DNA of 64,000 nucleotides from Mobula hypostoma (taxonomy: Eukaryota), in the NCBI RefSeq assembly GCF_963921235.1, contig NC_086101.1, positions 9,984,001-10,048,000 of the forward strand, given 5' to 3'. The position numbers and the translations under genes are program-made. The notes under the pieces are model-generated. The model was not told where the DNA came from. It searched no databases and worked only from the letters and a program-made list of their open reading frames with translations. Positions 28,276 to 42,099 of the stretch are shown piece after piece (within the stretch, counting starts at the first letter, position 1; every line of letters begins with the position of its first letter).

Positions 28276-29623
28276 CTGTCAAATCAAAGGTGAAGTTCAA
28301 AATGTTATGTTACTGTATTGTGGATCCTTTCAACAGGGAAGGTGACCATTCAGCCCATCAGTCTTGAGCACAGACTTACCAAGCACAAGAAGTCTTTCAG
28401 TCCAGCCAGTTGGTGTCACCATGATCTGTAAGGAGATTGTATGTTCTCCTCATGATTGCATGGGTTTCCATAAAATATAGGAGCAGAGTTAGGCCATTTG
28501 GCCCATTGAGTCCATGTCACCATTTTATCACAGCCGATCCATTTTGGTTCTCAGCCCCAATTTCCTGCCTTCCTATCTCTTCATGTCCTGGTCTGTCAAG
28601 AATCTATCAACCTCCGCCTTAAATATACATAAGCACTTGGCCTACACAACTGCCTTAGCAACGAATTCCACAGATTCACCACTCTCTGACTGAAGAAATT
28701 TGTTCTTACCTCCATTCTAAAAGGACGTCTCTCTATTCTGAGGCCGTGTCCTCTGGCCTTCCACCATGGGAAACGTCCTCTCTACATCTACTCTATCAAA
28801 GCCTTTCACCATTCAATTGGTTTCAATGAGGTCGCTCCTCATTTTACTGAATTCCAGTGAATATCCACCCACAGCCATCACGCGCTCTTCATAAAACAAG
28901 CCGTTTAATCATTTTCGTGAACTTCCTTTGAACCTTCTCCAGTCTCGGCACATCCTTTTTTAAGACAAGGGGTCCAAAACTGCGAACAGTACTCCAAATG
29001 AGACCTCGCAAGTGCTTCATAAAGCCTCGACGTTATATTCTCCGGGTGCCCCAGTTTCCTCCCAGAGACCAAAGACCCTTTGGTAGGTAGGTTAAATTGC
29101 CCTGTGATTAGGTGAGGGTTAAAACAGGAGTTCGAAGGGTCTACTTCACAGTGTGTGTCTCAGTACTTAAGTAGATTCTACCTACAGTATAACACACACA
29201 AAATTCTGGATACCGACCCTGGAGAAGTTTAAATATTACTACTCTTCCTACGGTATTACATTTTAGCTTGTCGCGATGCTTCCGAAATGTTGTGAAAGGA
29301 AGTTCATTGTCCCATCATTTCCACTCCCTCATTATTCTCCTGCAGCCGATTCCCTATCACACGCCCATGAACTCCCGTTGATTCACCACCCACTTTCACA
29401 AGGATAATTTACGGCAGACAATTGACCATCCAACCAGAGTGTCTTTGGGATGAGGGAGGAATCCCAAGCGGTGACGCGGAGAACGCACGTGCCAAACAGA
29501 GTTCAGGATCCAACCAACTCACCAGATCTACGCGACAATAGCACCGATTGAGAAAAGCACCGCCCCAATAATTACCCGCATTACACCGATCAAATCTACA
29601 CAGATCAGGAAATCGAAACTCAC

Positions 29624-29719
29624 CCGAACTCTTTCAATGTTTTGTTCCTGTAGCTCCGCCATTGCCTTGATCACTGACTTCCTTTTTGTGAGAAGTTCGA
29701 AGGATGATTTAACCTGATC
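29624..29719 (-). CDS. TRIM gene A exon 2 (coiled coil)
   Basis: CAG|GAT..CGG|GTGAG; 96-nt phase-0 exon typical of TRIM-B30.2 genes; open frame. Confidence 0.9.
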
Positions 29720-29807
29720 CTGGGTGGTTTCGAGAATCAGAAAATAAAAGCATTAGACAAGAAAGAAACAAATAAACAATCACGTGATCAAAATCGGTTG
29801 CCTTTAC

Positions 29808-30218
29808 CTTGTAGACTTCAAACGCTTCTTTAATCGGCAGGAAGCGGTGCTCTTTGTGTTCCCGGGCATCTCGACAAATCACACAGATCAGCTTTTTGTC
29901 CGTTTCACAAAACAGCTTCAGTTCTTCCTCGTGTTTCTTGCAGTGAAGTTTCCTTTTCTTCTGTCTCGACTTCAGCTGTACTTTTCGAGCTTTCTCAGTC
30001 AGTCTTGCTAGGAGCCAACACGGTCTGAGAATCCGGTCTGCAAACTGCGCTCTACATTCCGGACAGATGTTTCTCTCCTCCCTTTTCCAATGTCGTGTGA
30101 TGCAGGAGCGGCAGAAGTTGTGTCCACACTCCAGTGAAACCGGATCGGTGAAGAAATCCAGGCAGATGGGGCAAATTGCCTCGTCCGTCCAACTTTCGAC
30201 CTGCCCTTTCGAAGCCAT
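29808..30218 (-). CDS. TRIM gene A exon 1 (RING finger + B-box2); TRIM39/TRIM27/A33-like E3 ligase
   Basis: ATG at 30218 (MASKGQVESW). C3HC4 RING CPIC..CGHNFCRSC..CPEC and B-box CKKH..C..CVIC..H..H. Donor AAG|GTAAAG; 411 nt. Confidence 0.93.
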
Positions 30219-30739
30219 GCCCGGTACCTCCTGGTTCAGGGTCCTTTCAGTTTCGGGGAGCTGCTGCACCCCTGCAGTACCGCGATTGTCCACTAGACGG
30301 GCTCCTGTCTCCGGGAATGAACGGGACGTTACAAGTGTTCAATGGGAAGATAACCTGGCAGTCGCCGATTCCTCTCGCATAAAGGGGTGAGGAAACCAAT
30401 CCTGAACGTAGATAAAACTAACCGAATAAAGGTGCAGATACAATAGTGGCATTTAAGAGACTTAGAGATAGATACGTGACTCTTCAGGGTATTGATCGGC
30501 AGAAGAAATTCATAGTCATAGTCATAGTCATACTTTATTTTTGATCCCGGGGGAGATTGGTTTGATTTGGCATCCTGTTCGACAGAGACATCGTGAGGCG
30601 GAGAGCCTCTTCATGAGCGGTTCTGTTCTCTTCTGTGTTCCGTGGAACTGGTAACGTGAGGTTGGAGGGAGGTCTCTGTCCATCCTGATCCGAGATTCAA
30701 GATTGTATAATGTCACTTCGAGTACACAGTGACACAAGT

Positions 30740-33133
30740 AGGAAAAGGGAGGAGATCGTGAAAACAGACTACAGGCGTTAGGAAGGAAGTTGAGAAGCAG
30801 GACCTCAAAGGTAGTAATCTCGGGATTACTGCCTGTGCCACGTGACAGTGAGACTAGGAATAGAATGAGGTGGAGGATAAATGCGTGGCTGAGGGATTGG
30901 AGCAGGGTGCAGGGATTCAGATTTCTGGATCATTGGGACCTCGTTTGGGGCAGGTGTGAACTGTACAAAAAGGAAGGGCTGCAATTGCATCTGAGGGGGA
31001 CCAATATCCTGGCGGGGAGGTTTGCTAAGGCTATTGTGGAAAGTTTAAACTAGAATTGCTGGGGGGGGGGGTGGGAACCGAACTGAAGAGACGGAGGATG
31101 TGGTATTGGGAAATGAACCTGGTCAGGTGTCAGATCTCTCAGTGGGAAAGCATTTTGGAGATAGTGATCACGATTCTGTCTCCATTGCCATCGTATTGGA
31201 GAGGGATAGGAACAAACAAGTTAGCAAAGCGTTTAATTGGATTAAAGGGAGATATGAAGTTATCAGACAGAAATTTGAAAGCATAAATTGGGAACAGATG
31301 TTCTCAGGGAAATGTACGGCAGAAATGTGGCAAATATTCAGGGGATATTTGCGTTACGTTCTGCAGAGGTTCCAATGAGACAGGGAAAGGATGGTGGGGT
31401 ACAGGAACCGTGGTGAATAAAAGTTGTTGAAAAATCAAGTCAAGAAGATATTATAAAAGGTTCAAAAAACTAGGTAATGATAGAGATCTAGAAGATTATA
31501 AGGCGAGCACGAAGAAGCTTAAGAATGAAATTAGGAGAGCCAGAAGTGGGCATGAGAAGGCCTTGGTGTGCAGGATTCAAGAAAACCACAAGGTATTCTA
31601 CATGTATGTGAAGAGCAAGAGGATAAGATGTGATAGAATAGGACCAATCAAGTGTGACAGTAGAAAAGTGTGAATGGAACCGGTGGATATAGCAGAGGTA
31701 CTTAAAGGAAAACTTTACTTCAGTATTCACTACGGAGAAGGTTCTTGGTGATTGTAGGGATGGCGTACAGCGGACTGAAAAGCTTGAACATATAGACATT
31801 AAGAAATAGGATGTGCTGGAGTTATTGGAAAGCATCAAGTTGGATAAGTCACCGGGACCAGACGAGATGTACCACAGGCTACTGTGGGAGGCGAGGGAAG
31901 AGATTGTTGAGCCTCTGGCAATGGTGTTTGCATCATCAATGGGGAGCGGGAGTAGTTCTGGGGGATTGGAGGATTGCAGATGTTGTTCCCTTATTCAAGA
32001 AAGGAAGTAGAAATATCCCAGGAAACCAGTGAGTCTTACTTCAGTGATTGGTAAGTTGATGGAGAAGATACTGAGAGGCAGGACGTATGAACATTTGGAG
32101 AGGCATGATATGATTAAGAGTAGTCAGCATGGCTTTGTCAAAGGCAGGTCGTGCCTTACGAGCCTGACTGAATTTTTTGAGGATGGAATTAAACACATTG
32201 ATGAAGATAGATCAGTAGATGTAGTGTAAATGGATTTCAGCAAAGCATTTGATAAGGTACCCTATGCAAGGCTTATTGAGAAAGTAAGGAGGCATGGGAT
32301 CCAAGGAGACATTACTTTGTGGATCCAGAACTGGCTTGCCCACAGAAGGCAAAGTGTGGTTGTAGACGGTTCATATTCTGCATGGGGGTTCGTGACCAGT
32401 GGTGTGCCTCAGGGATCTGTTCTCTTCGTGATTTTTATAAATGACCTGGATGAGGAAGTGGAGGGGTGGGTTAGTAAATTTGATGATTACACAAAGGTTG
32501 GGGGTGTTGTGGATAGTATGGAGGGCTGTCAGATGATACAGATGGACATCTATAGGATGCTAAACTGGACTGAGAAGTGGCAGATGGAGTTCAGCCCACA
32601 CTCCCAGTCTTGGTCAAATATGATGGCAGAATATACAAACTTGTAGTATTAATGGTAAGATTCTTGGCAGTGTGGAGGATCAGAGGGATCTTGGGGTATG
32701 AGTCTATAGGACACTCAAAGTTGCTACGCAGGTTGACTCTGTGGTTAAGAAGGCATTCGGTATGTTAGCCTTCAACAACCATGGGATTGAGTTTAGGAGC
32801 AGAGAGGTAATGTTACAGCGATATATGACCCTGTTAAGACCCACTTGGAGTACTGTGCTCAGTTCTGGTCAGCTCACTGCAGGAAGGATGTGGAAACTAT
32901 AGAAAGGATGCAGAGGAGATTTACAAGGATGTTGCCTGGATTAGGGAGCATGCCTTATGAGAATAGGCTGAGTGAACCCAACCTTTTCTCCTTAGAGCGA
33001 TGGAGGATGAAAGATGACCTGATAGAGGTGTATAAGATGATGAGAGATATTGATCGTGTGGATAGTTAGAGACTTTTTACCAGGGCTGAAATAGCTAGCA
33101 TGAGAGGGCACAGTTTTTAGGTGCTTGGAAGTA
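30740..33133 (+). mobile_element. CR1 LINE with internal deletions
   Basis: ORF1 C-terminus (KVVISGLLPVP); RT fragments (DFSKAFDKVP, GVPQGSVL). Confidence 0.88.
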
Positions 33134-33963
33134 AACCTTCTTCTCTTCACCTTTCCAGACACACCCACATAATCTCCCTGACAACTCTGAATGATCCGTC
33201 TGATTCATCCTCTTCCAATTAGGTCATGATCCCTTCACAACACCCTGATGATCTCTCCATCCACCCCTCCCATCCCCTCCACCCCTCAATCCCTGACCCC
33301 TGCGCAACTCCAAACCCAAATCCCTCCCTCCACAACGATGGGATATTACAGAAGGCAGGATCCTCAAATAAGGCTCGGGCTTCTGCGGGGTGCAATATTT
33401 CAGCCTCACTCTCAAAACGAGACAGGTTACCTGCCTCCCTCAATGCTGATGTTCCTGTTTCCGGTGATCTCAGTGTCACTGAGTCATTCAGCACGGAATC
33501 TGCTGCTGGGGGATCATTAGCTCAGTGCCAACTGAACAGTCCAGGCTGCAGGAGGACGTGCTGGGGAATGAGATAAAGCTCAGTGCAGCCAATGCAAAGG
33601 CTCTGTGGAGAAGAAACACGGTCGGAGGGATTGAGATGGATGGGGAAGTTCCACAGGCATTGAAAAGTTACATCACCTCTGTGACAAACTGAGTTTTAAA
33701 CAATGTTAACATGACAGAGTGTTCTAAAATGTAAAACAGTATTTAGTCTTTTGTATATACATTTACTGTGAATAAAGTGTACTTTTGAAATACAAATTGC
33801 AGCTCAGATACAGACCTTTTGGCCTTCGAGTCTCATCAACCATTACCTACCCACTTACACTAATCCTACACTGCAGATCCCTCATTGGCCTCTTCAGTCA
33901 CCTCAGTTCTGGAGCGAGTGACCCTCAACTCCGGGAAACTGCTGGAGAACGTTCATTTCCCTG

Positions 33964-34650
33964 TGTAAGGAAAGAGTTAATTGTGATTCCTTATTGGTAC
34001 ATGGCGAAATAAAATGGAAGTTTAAAGACAAAATGGTGTCAGGTGGAATGTGGTAACGACCTGTTTTTCTCATATTGACCAACATCTTGTCTCAACTTTG
34101 AAAGCACATTATTCAGATGAAATACCAAAATGTCCCCTTCGTCCTTAATTCTGTGTCTGGGCTGAAGGTTGTAAGAAATAAGAGGGTGCAGCTGGTACCA
34201 CCAAGGTATTGGAAAATACTGGGGTGATAATTATGTTATGCTTTGATAGAATCTCAAATGGTGTAAAAAGGGACATTTTCTTTGAGTAGTGGGAGAGTTT
34301 TGTCTGAGGCTAGGTCATAACCAGTGTTAGTGCTAGGAGTTAAGGAAGATACTGATAAGTTAGAGTCAGAAGGGGAGAGGGGAAAGCAAAAGGTTGCTTG
34401 AAAGATCGTTGGATCTCTGATTTCCCTCTGACATTGCAGAGATCGGCTCAGTGAATGACAGGTACTATTTTGATTTCTACACAGCTACTACTGCAGACTT
34501 TTATTTTCTGTTCTGTATTGCATTTGTGCTGGTTCAAATAAAATCTTTTTTGTTACCTTGAGCATGTGCGCAACATCTGTTGTGTTTGTGAATGCATATG
34601 CGTGGTCCTTGAGCTGAGTCAGAAACGAATGCGGAATGGATTGTGTAACA
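33964..34650 (+). mobile_element. Probable solo LTR (~690 bp)
   Basis: TGT..ACA ends and AATAAA near 34538. Splits a sequence that is contiguous in the paralogous copy at 35860-35940. Imperfect TSD (TCCCTG/TCCCG). Confidence 0.55.
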
Positions 34651-34660
34651 TCCCGTGTGG

Positions 34661-34674
34661 CCAGCAGGTGGCGG
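34661..34674 (+). promoter_or_regulatory. CTCF-like motif
   Basis: CCAGCAGGTGGCGG; related copies at 35861-35874 (-) and 46245-46258 (+). Confidence 0.5.
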
Positions 34675-36089
34675 AATTGCTTCAGTTATTCGCCCTCACG
34701 CTCTGCTTCACTCGGAGTTCACCACTGTCCAGCAGGAGCTGTCGGGAATTACTCTGATCCTCTATCCCTGTCCTTACCCTGGAGGGAGCATCACGGACTG
34801 AGGGGATCACAAGTTACAGAAGTCTGGGAAAACGGTGCTTCAGCAGCTGTCGCGGAAACAGTTAGTACAACAGACACAGGCAGAGTCTGTTTATCCTCAG
34901 AGTGGGAATGTCAATTCCTACAGGGAGTAAATATAAGGTGAGAGGGGAAGGTTTAAAGGAGATTGATGAGGCAAGTTTTTTTAACACAGAGAATGGTCGG
35001 TGCCCGGAACGTGCTGACAGGGTAGGAGGTGGAAACAGATACAACAACAACATTTCAGTGACATTTAGACAGACGCATAGACTGTAAAGAGCATCCTCTG
35101 TACCCCGTGTTGACTGTATTCAGTCCACTGTCTCCAATGAATGTAACAGTCTGCAGAGTTTGTTGTATCCATTGTTTCTGTATCCAGTGAGAAACACATC
35201 TGTTTAAGCGCCCGGGACACTTTACTGCATTTACACAGCGACTGTACCGAAATACCAGTTGTTGTTGTTGACTGCTGCATCCACAACTGCTGAACATTGA
35301 ACATTGAACAATACAGCACAGGAACAGGCCATTCGGCCCACAAGTCTGTGCTGAATATTGTGCCAGTTCAATCTCATCCCATCTGACTGTTCATGGTCCA
35401 AAACCCTCCATTCCCTGTCTGTTTATGTGTCTGTCGAAATTTCACTGAAATTTTGCTGTAACATCTACTTCCACCACCTGCCGTCACAACACCTTCCAGG
35501 AACCTACATTCTCTGTGTTAAAAAAAAACTTCCTTCATCAATCTCCTTTAAACTTTCACCTCTCACCTTATGTTTAGTCCCTGTAGTATTTGACATTCCC
35601 ACGCTGATGATGATTCCCACACTGACTGTCAATCCTGTCTGTGTCCGTTATTGTTGTTGACCGTTTCCTCGACAGCTGCTGAAGCACCATGTTCCCAGAC
35701 TTTGTGATCCCCTCCGTCTGTGATGCTCGCTCCCTGGTATCGAGACGAGGGCTGTGGACCAGAGTAATTCTCCACATCTCCTGTTGGACAGTGGGCAGCT
35801 GCGACACATTCCGTCCCGGGAGGTGAAAGAGGAGTCTGAGAGCAAATAACTGGAGCAATTGTCCCATCTGCTGGCCGCAGAGGGAACTGCACCTTCTGCA
35901 TCTGTCTCCCGGAGTTAAGGATAACTCGCTTCCACTGCAGACTGATGTGGCTGATGAGACCAATGTGGAAGCCGCAATGTAAGATTAGTGTAAGTGGGTG
36001 AGGACCCTATGGGCTGAAAGGCTGAAAGGTTGAGTGATATGGAGGGTTAGAGGGGATCGGAGGGATGGTCATATCTCTGTAATTCCCAA

Positions 36090-36251
36090 GAACAGCGCTT
36101 ATTCCGAGATGTCGGGGAAGAAACGGAAAGGATTCGAAATCCAATGGAGAAAAATATACGAGAGATTCAAGAGAATTTAAATTCTTTTCAGGAGAAAACC
36201 TCAAACTTGAAGGAACAGATAGATCACAAAGACAATATAGTATTTCTGACG
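36090..36251 (+). pseudogene. Orphan, 5'-truncated exon 3 of a third TRIM paralog, with downstream intron homology
   Basis: Translates EQRLFRDVGEETERIRNPMEKNIREIQENLNSFQEK..IVFLT|GTAAGAG. The next ~200 nt resemble gene A intron 3. No other exons of this copy were found. Confidence 0.8.
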
Positions 36252-36599
36252 GTAAGAGATTACATTACAGATTGATTCAGTGAAAATATAGTCACAAAGT
36301 TGTGAGTGGTATTTCTGAAATAAATGCAGCATTTATCGATAATTCAGAAATTGGTAAATGTTCTGTCTAGTTCAGGGCCGAGCTGGTGTTCTTTCCGAAA
36401 TAAATGGATTCCTTTAATATTTGTACATTCAGAGGATTTTCTCCAAACTACTTGGAAGTGAAATATTGTGATCTGGACTCTGAGTTCGTCGTTGTTTAAT
36501 ATCTCCGCAGTTCACGTTAATCACAGTTGCATGCAGTGTGTGTGACTGGTGCAGTGGCGTAAAGGTGCATGGTGCCGGAGGAAATATGTAAACAGGGAT

Positions 36600-37560
36600 T
36601 TAAACCGATTTTATGGCACTTCGCTCCACTTTCTTGATCTCTGGAGACAGATTATCCACAGGCATCTTCTACGAAATTTCCGATTCCCATGGTTATCCTG
36701 ACGATGCCTTTTTCTACCGTTTCTCCTTTAAAATGCTATTCCATTTCTTGGTTCCTTCATCTCTGCCACAGCTGCTCCCAGGGTGAGGTTTTCCTTTCCA
36801 GGACACCAGAGATGCTCTCCTTCTTCAAAGAATGGGGTTTCCCTTCGTCCAACATTGATGTTTCCCTCACCCACATCTTCTCCATTTCCCGAATGCCTTA
36901 AGAGTAATACAGTTCCTCTTGTCCTTACTACCAGCCCTTGACCCTCCGCATCCAACACATCATTCTGCGCAACTTCTGCCATCTCCAAAGGGATCCTTTC
37001 ACCAATCATATCTTTACCTCCCCACCCCACCTCCGAACTCTTTCTGCAGGGATCGCTCATTCTGTGATTCCCTTCTCCGTTCAGCCCTCCCCACTAATCT
37101 CCAGCTTGACACTTATGCCTGCAAGCAGCAAGAATGCGACGAAGTGCTAAGCCTGCCCATTCGCCTCCTCTCTCACTTCAGTTCAAAGCCCTAAGCTGCT
37201 CTTCCAGGTGGGGCAACACCGCCTGTGAATCTACTGGGGTTATCTATTTTATCGGTGCTCCCAATGCAGCCTCCTCTACGTTGGTGAGATCCATCATAAA
37301 TTGGGGCACCATTTCTTCGACCACCTCCGCTCCAGCTGTCTAAAGTGGAACTTCCCGGTGGTCAAACATTTTAATTCCATTCCCATTCCCTTTCCAAGAT
37401 GTCGGTCATGGCTTCCCCGTGGCACGATGCGGCCACCCTGGGGGTGGAAGAGCAACATTTTATATTCCATCTGGGTAGATTCCAACCTACTGGCATGAAT
37501 ATCGATTTTTCCTTCCCGTACAAAAAAATTGCCCCACCTCGCCTTTCCTTCTGTTTCTTG
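36600..37560 (+). mobile_element. Penelope-like element, RT thumb/GIY-YIG region, degenerate
   Basis: QHIILRNFCHLQRDP, EEQHFIFHLGRFQPTGMNIDFS; homologous to 46783-47337. Confidence 0.75.
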
Positions 37561-37909
37561 CGCTGGCTTCTTACCTCTTCTTGCATGTCGTGCAGTTGCT
37601 AACAGGAGGGGCATAGTTTTAAGGTGCTTGGAAGTAAGTACAGAGGAGATGTCAAGGGTAAGCTTTTCACACCACGGAGTGGTGGATGCGTGCAATGCAC
37701 TGCCGTCGACGGAGGTGGGGGCGGATACAATAGGGTCTTTTAAGAGACTCTTAGATAGGTACATGGAGCTATGAAAAGGAGAGGGCTATGCGGTAGGGTA
37801 ATTCTAGGCAGTTCCAAGAGTAGGTTACATGGTTGGCACAACATTGTTCTCCAGCTGTTGACCTTTCCCACCCACCTTGCTTCACCTATCACTTTCCAGC
37901 TATCCTTTC

Positions 37910-40615
37910 TGAGCAAAGCGGATGAGCTTAGACCGCGGATCAATACTCGGAGCTATGGTGCTCTGGCCATTACAGAGACTCGGATGGCTCGGGGGCAGGA
38001 ATGGTTACCTAGAGTGCCAGGCTTTAGATGACTCAGAAAGGACAGGGAGGGAGGCAAAAGAGGTGGGGGCGTTGCACTGTGATCAGAGATAGTGTCACGG
38101 CTGTAGAAAAGGAGGAAGTCATGGAGGGATCGTCTACTGAGTCTCAGTGGGTGGAAGTTAGAAAGAGGAAGGGGACAATAACTCGACTTGGTGTTTTCAT
38201 AGACCACCCAATAGCAACAGTGACATTGAGGAGCAGATGGGGAGACAGATAATGGAACGGTGCAATAATAACAGGGTTGTCGTGATGGGGGATTTTAATT
38301 TCCCCAGTAATGATTAGCATCACCCGAGAGCAAAGGGTTTAGATGGGGTGGAGTTTGTTAGCTGTGTTCAGGACAGTTTCCTGGCCCAATATGTAAATAA
38401 GCCTACAAGAGGAGAGGCTGTACTTGATCTGGTATTGGGAAATGAACCTGGTCAGGTGTCAGGTCTCTCAGTAGAAGAGCATTTTGGAGATAGTGATCAC
38501 AATTCTATCTCCTTTACCATAGCACTGGAGAGGGATAGGAACAGACAAGTTAGGAAAGCGTTTAATTGGAGTAAGGGGAAATATGAGGCTATCAGGCAGG
38601 AACTTGAAAACATAAATTGGGAGCAGATGTTCTCAGGGAAATGAACACCAGAAATGTGGCATATGTTCAGGGGATACTTGCGTGGCGTTCTGCATAGGTA
38701 CGTTCCAATGAGACATGGAAATGATGGCAGAATACAGGAACCATGGTGCACAAAGGCTGTTGAAAGTCTAGTCAGGAAGAAAAGAAAAAACTTACGATTA
38801 AGGAAAACCCCAAGGCATTCTACAAGTATGTGAAGAGCAAGAGGATAAGGCATGCAAGAATAGGACCAATCAAGTATGACAGTGGAAAAGTGCGTATGGA
38901 ACCGGAGGAGGTACTGGAGGTACTTAATGAATACTTTGCTTCAGCATTCAGCGGAGTGAAATGCTTCAGCATGTAGACGTTAAGAAAGAGGATGTGCTGG
39001 AGCTTTTGGAAACCATCAATTTGAGTAAGTCACCAGGACCAGACTAAATATAACCCAGGCTAATGTGGAAGGCGAGGGCGGAGATTGCTGAGCCTCTGGC
39101 AATGACCTTTGTATCATCAATAGGAATGAGAGAAGTTCCGGAGGATTGGAGGGTTGCAGATGTTGTTCCCTTATTCAAGAAAGGGAATAGAGATCGCCCA
39201 GGAAATTATAGACCAGTAAAGTCTTACTTCAGTGGTTGGTAAGTTGATGGAGAAAATCCAGAGAGGCAGGATTTATGAACATTTGGAGAGGCATAGGATG
39301 ATTAGGAATAGTCAGTGTGGCTTTGTCAAGGGCAGGTCATGCCTTACAAGCCTGTCCAAATTTTAAGAGGATGTGACTAAACACATTGATGATGGTAGAG
39401 CAGTGAATGTATTGTACATGGATTTCAGCAAAGCATTTAATGAGGTACCCCATGCAAGGCTTATTGAGAAAATAAGGAGGCATGGAATCCATGGGGATGA
39501 ATTGGTTTGTCTACAAAAGGCAAAGAGTGGTTGTAGATGGGTCATATTCTGCATGGAGTTCAGTGGCCAGTGGTGTGCCTCAGGGATTTGTTCTGGGACC
39601 CCTTCACTTCATGATTTTTATAAATGACCTGGATGAGGATGGGTTAGTAAATTTGCTCATGACACAAAGGCTAGGGGTGTTGTGGATAGTGTGGAGGGCA
39701 GTCAGAGGTTACAGCGGGACATCGATAGGATGCAAAACTGGGTTGAGAAGATGGAGTTCAACCTGTATAAGCGTAACATGTTTCTTTTTGGTAGGTCAGA
39801 TATGATAGCACAATATAGTAATAAGATTCTTGGCAGTAGGGAGGATCAGAGAGATCTTGGGGTCCGAATCCATAGGACAGTCAAAGCTGCTGCGCAGGTT
39901 GACTGTGTAGTTAAAAAGGCATACAGTGTATTGGCTTCCATCAACTGGGGGGTTGAGTTCAAGAGCTGAGAGGTAATATTACAGCTTTTTAGGTCCCTGA
40001 TCAGACACAATTTGGAGTACTGTGCTCAGTTCTGGTCACCTCACTATGGAAGGATGTGGAGCCTATAGAAAGTGTGCCGAGGAGATTTAAAGGGATGTTG
40101 CCTGGATTGGGAAGCATGCCTCATGAGACAACACACATAAAAGTTGCTTTTATGTGTGTTTCTTGAAATTCCAGCATCTGCAGATTTCCTCGTGTATGCT
40201 TCCATGAGAATAGGTTGAGTGAACTTGACCATTTCGCCTTGAAGCGACGGAGGATGAGAGGTGACCTGATAGAAGTGTATTAGATAATGGGAGGCATTGA
40301 TCATGTGGATAGTCAGAGGCTTTTTCCCAGGGCTGAAATGGCTAACACGAGAGGGCACAGTTTTAAGGTGCTTGTAGGATCAGTGGAGATGTCACGGGTA
40401 AGATTTTATGCAGAGAGTGGTGAGTGCATGGAATGGGCTGCCGGCAACGATGGTGGAGGTGGATACAATAGGGTCTTTTAAGATAGGTACATGGAGCTTA
40501 GAGAAGGAGAGGCTATTTGTAGCCCTAGGTAATTTCTAAAGTAAGTACATGTTCGGCACAGCATTGTGGGCTGAAGGGCCTGTATTGTGCTGAAGTTTTT
40601 CTATGTTTCTATGCT
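37910..40615 (+). mobile_element. CR1 LINE ORF2, degenerate
   Basis: APE (GDSDHNSI) and RT fragments; (TTTCTATG)n tail. Confidence 0.88.
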
Positions 40616-42099
40616 TCCTCCCCTCTCCCCAACTTTTCATTCTTACTCATTCCTTTCCAGTCCTGAAAACCATTTTGGGAGAATCGTATGATGCCATGAA
40701 GCGAAGTAAAACGTATACTGTTCCCTTTGTTATCGTGTAAGAGTTATCTCTAAATAAGACTTAGACGTAAAGATTGTTGTAATAGTAGAGAGAAAGGGGT
40801 ACAGATATTTTATTCCAGTAGCAAACCCACCTGCTGGGATGCATCACTTGTCCCATGGTCAGCTGGAGATACCTGAACACACTGACACAGGGTACAACAC
40901 CACCAGTTCATGGACAACTACATCCTAATCCCTTCCAGCCTTCAGAACCACCCCATGAGATGAAGATGGATATGAGCACAAGAGCTATTAAATGAAAAAT
41001 CCTTTTGGGTAACCATAGGGATAAAAGCTGGGACAATCACACAAATACAGGTAAACACAGGTCTGCTTCCTACAGAACTTCTGGGATCCCACAGTTGTTA
41101 TCAAACCACCACACGCAGATCCTGAGACTGCATAGACCAAGCAGCATTGACCTCGTATCAATCACACGGACCCTATTTGATCTGGCAAAGTTCCCCTCAC
41201 GCGGAGTCTCACTAGTTCCGCGATGTACGTGCTGGCTGTCATACTAAATTAAACCACTTTTATCTGTCTGGAGACATTTTATCTTCCATCTGTCACAACT
41301 CCTCTGTGCACCAAGCACCTTCAACTCCTGTCTCATAGCTATTTTTTTCCTCTGTATACCCCTGAACCTGAAACCTTGACAATCTCTTTCCTCCACAGAT
41401 GGTGCTCGACTCGCTGAGATTCCTCAGCAGATTGTTTGATGCTCCAGCATCCAGGCTCTGTCATTTTTTTGTGCCTCCGGTCACCCTTGATCATATATTC
41501 TCCCTCGTTACATTTGTACTCTTAATATACATGTAGAATATTTATCACCAGCAGCACAATTGTCTCTGATGTAAATAAAACAACTGTGTTATCTTTAACT
41601 TCCAGAAATGGCCAACACAATCTAAAATGGGGCACAGATATTTTCAAACACAACCTCAGCATTCAATAAGCAAAATATATATTGTAGATGTATCATGCAG
41701 GTCAGACAGCATCTGTGCAGAGAGGAGTATGGTCATTGGTTCAGGTAGAGGCCAGTTTATCAGAAATTTTATGCTGGGTTGTTAACCTGAAACTTTGGTT
41801 CTGTCTCTCGGTCAACAGAGCGTCTGAGCTCCAGTCTGTGATTTGGCAGGCAATTGTATGGCATCTTGGTGAGAGTCACCTGGAGTACTGTGTGCAGTTT
41901 GTTCTCCCGACCCAAAGGGGGTTATAGAAGCACTGGAGCATGAGAATTCAGATGCCGAAAGGGCTTGACCGGGCAGATGTTGAGACGTTTTCATAAATGA
42001 GGGAGTCACAAACAAATGAACATAGATATATCTAAAGGGGCTGGTCATTTAAAACTGAGATGTGAAGGATTCCTCAGGAGTCTGCGAAGATTCGGCCTG

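Noticed and set aside
29709..30293. 194-aa ORF (and the 202-aa ORF at 47950-48558) as complete single-exon proteins
   Set aside because: Both run through the exon 1 donor into the intron and start at upstream non-ATG codons; the spliced models fit better.
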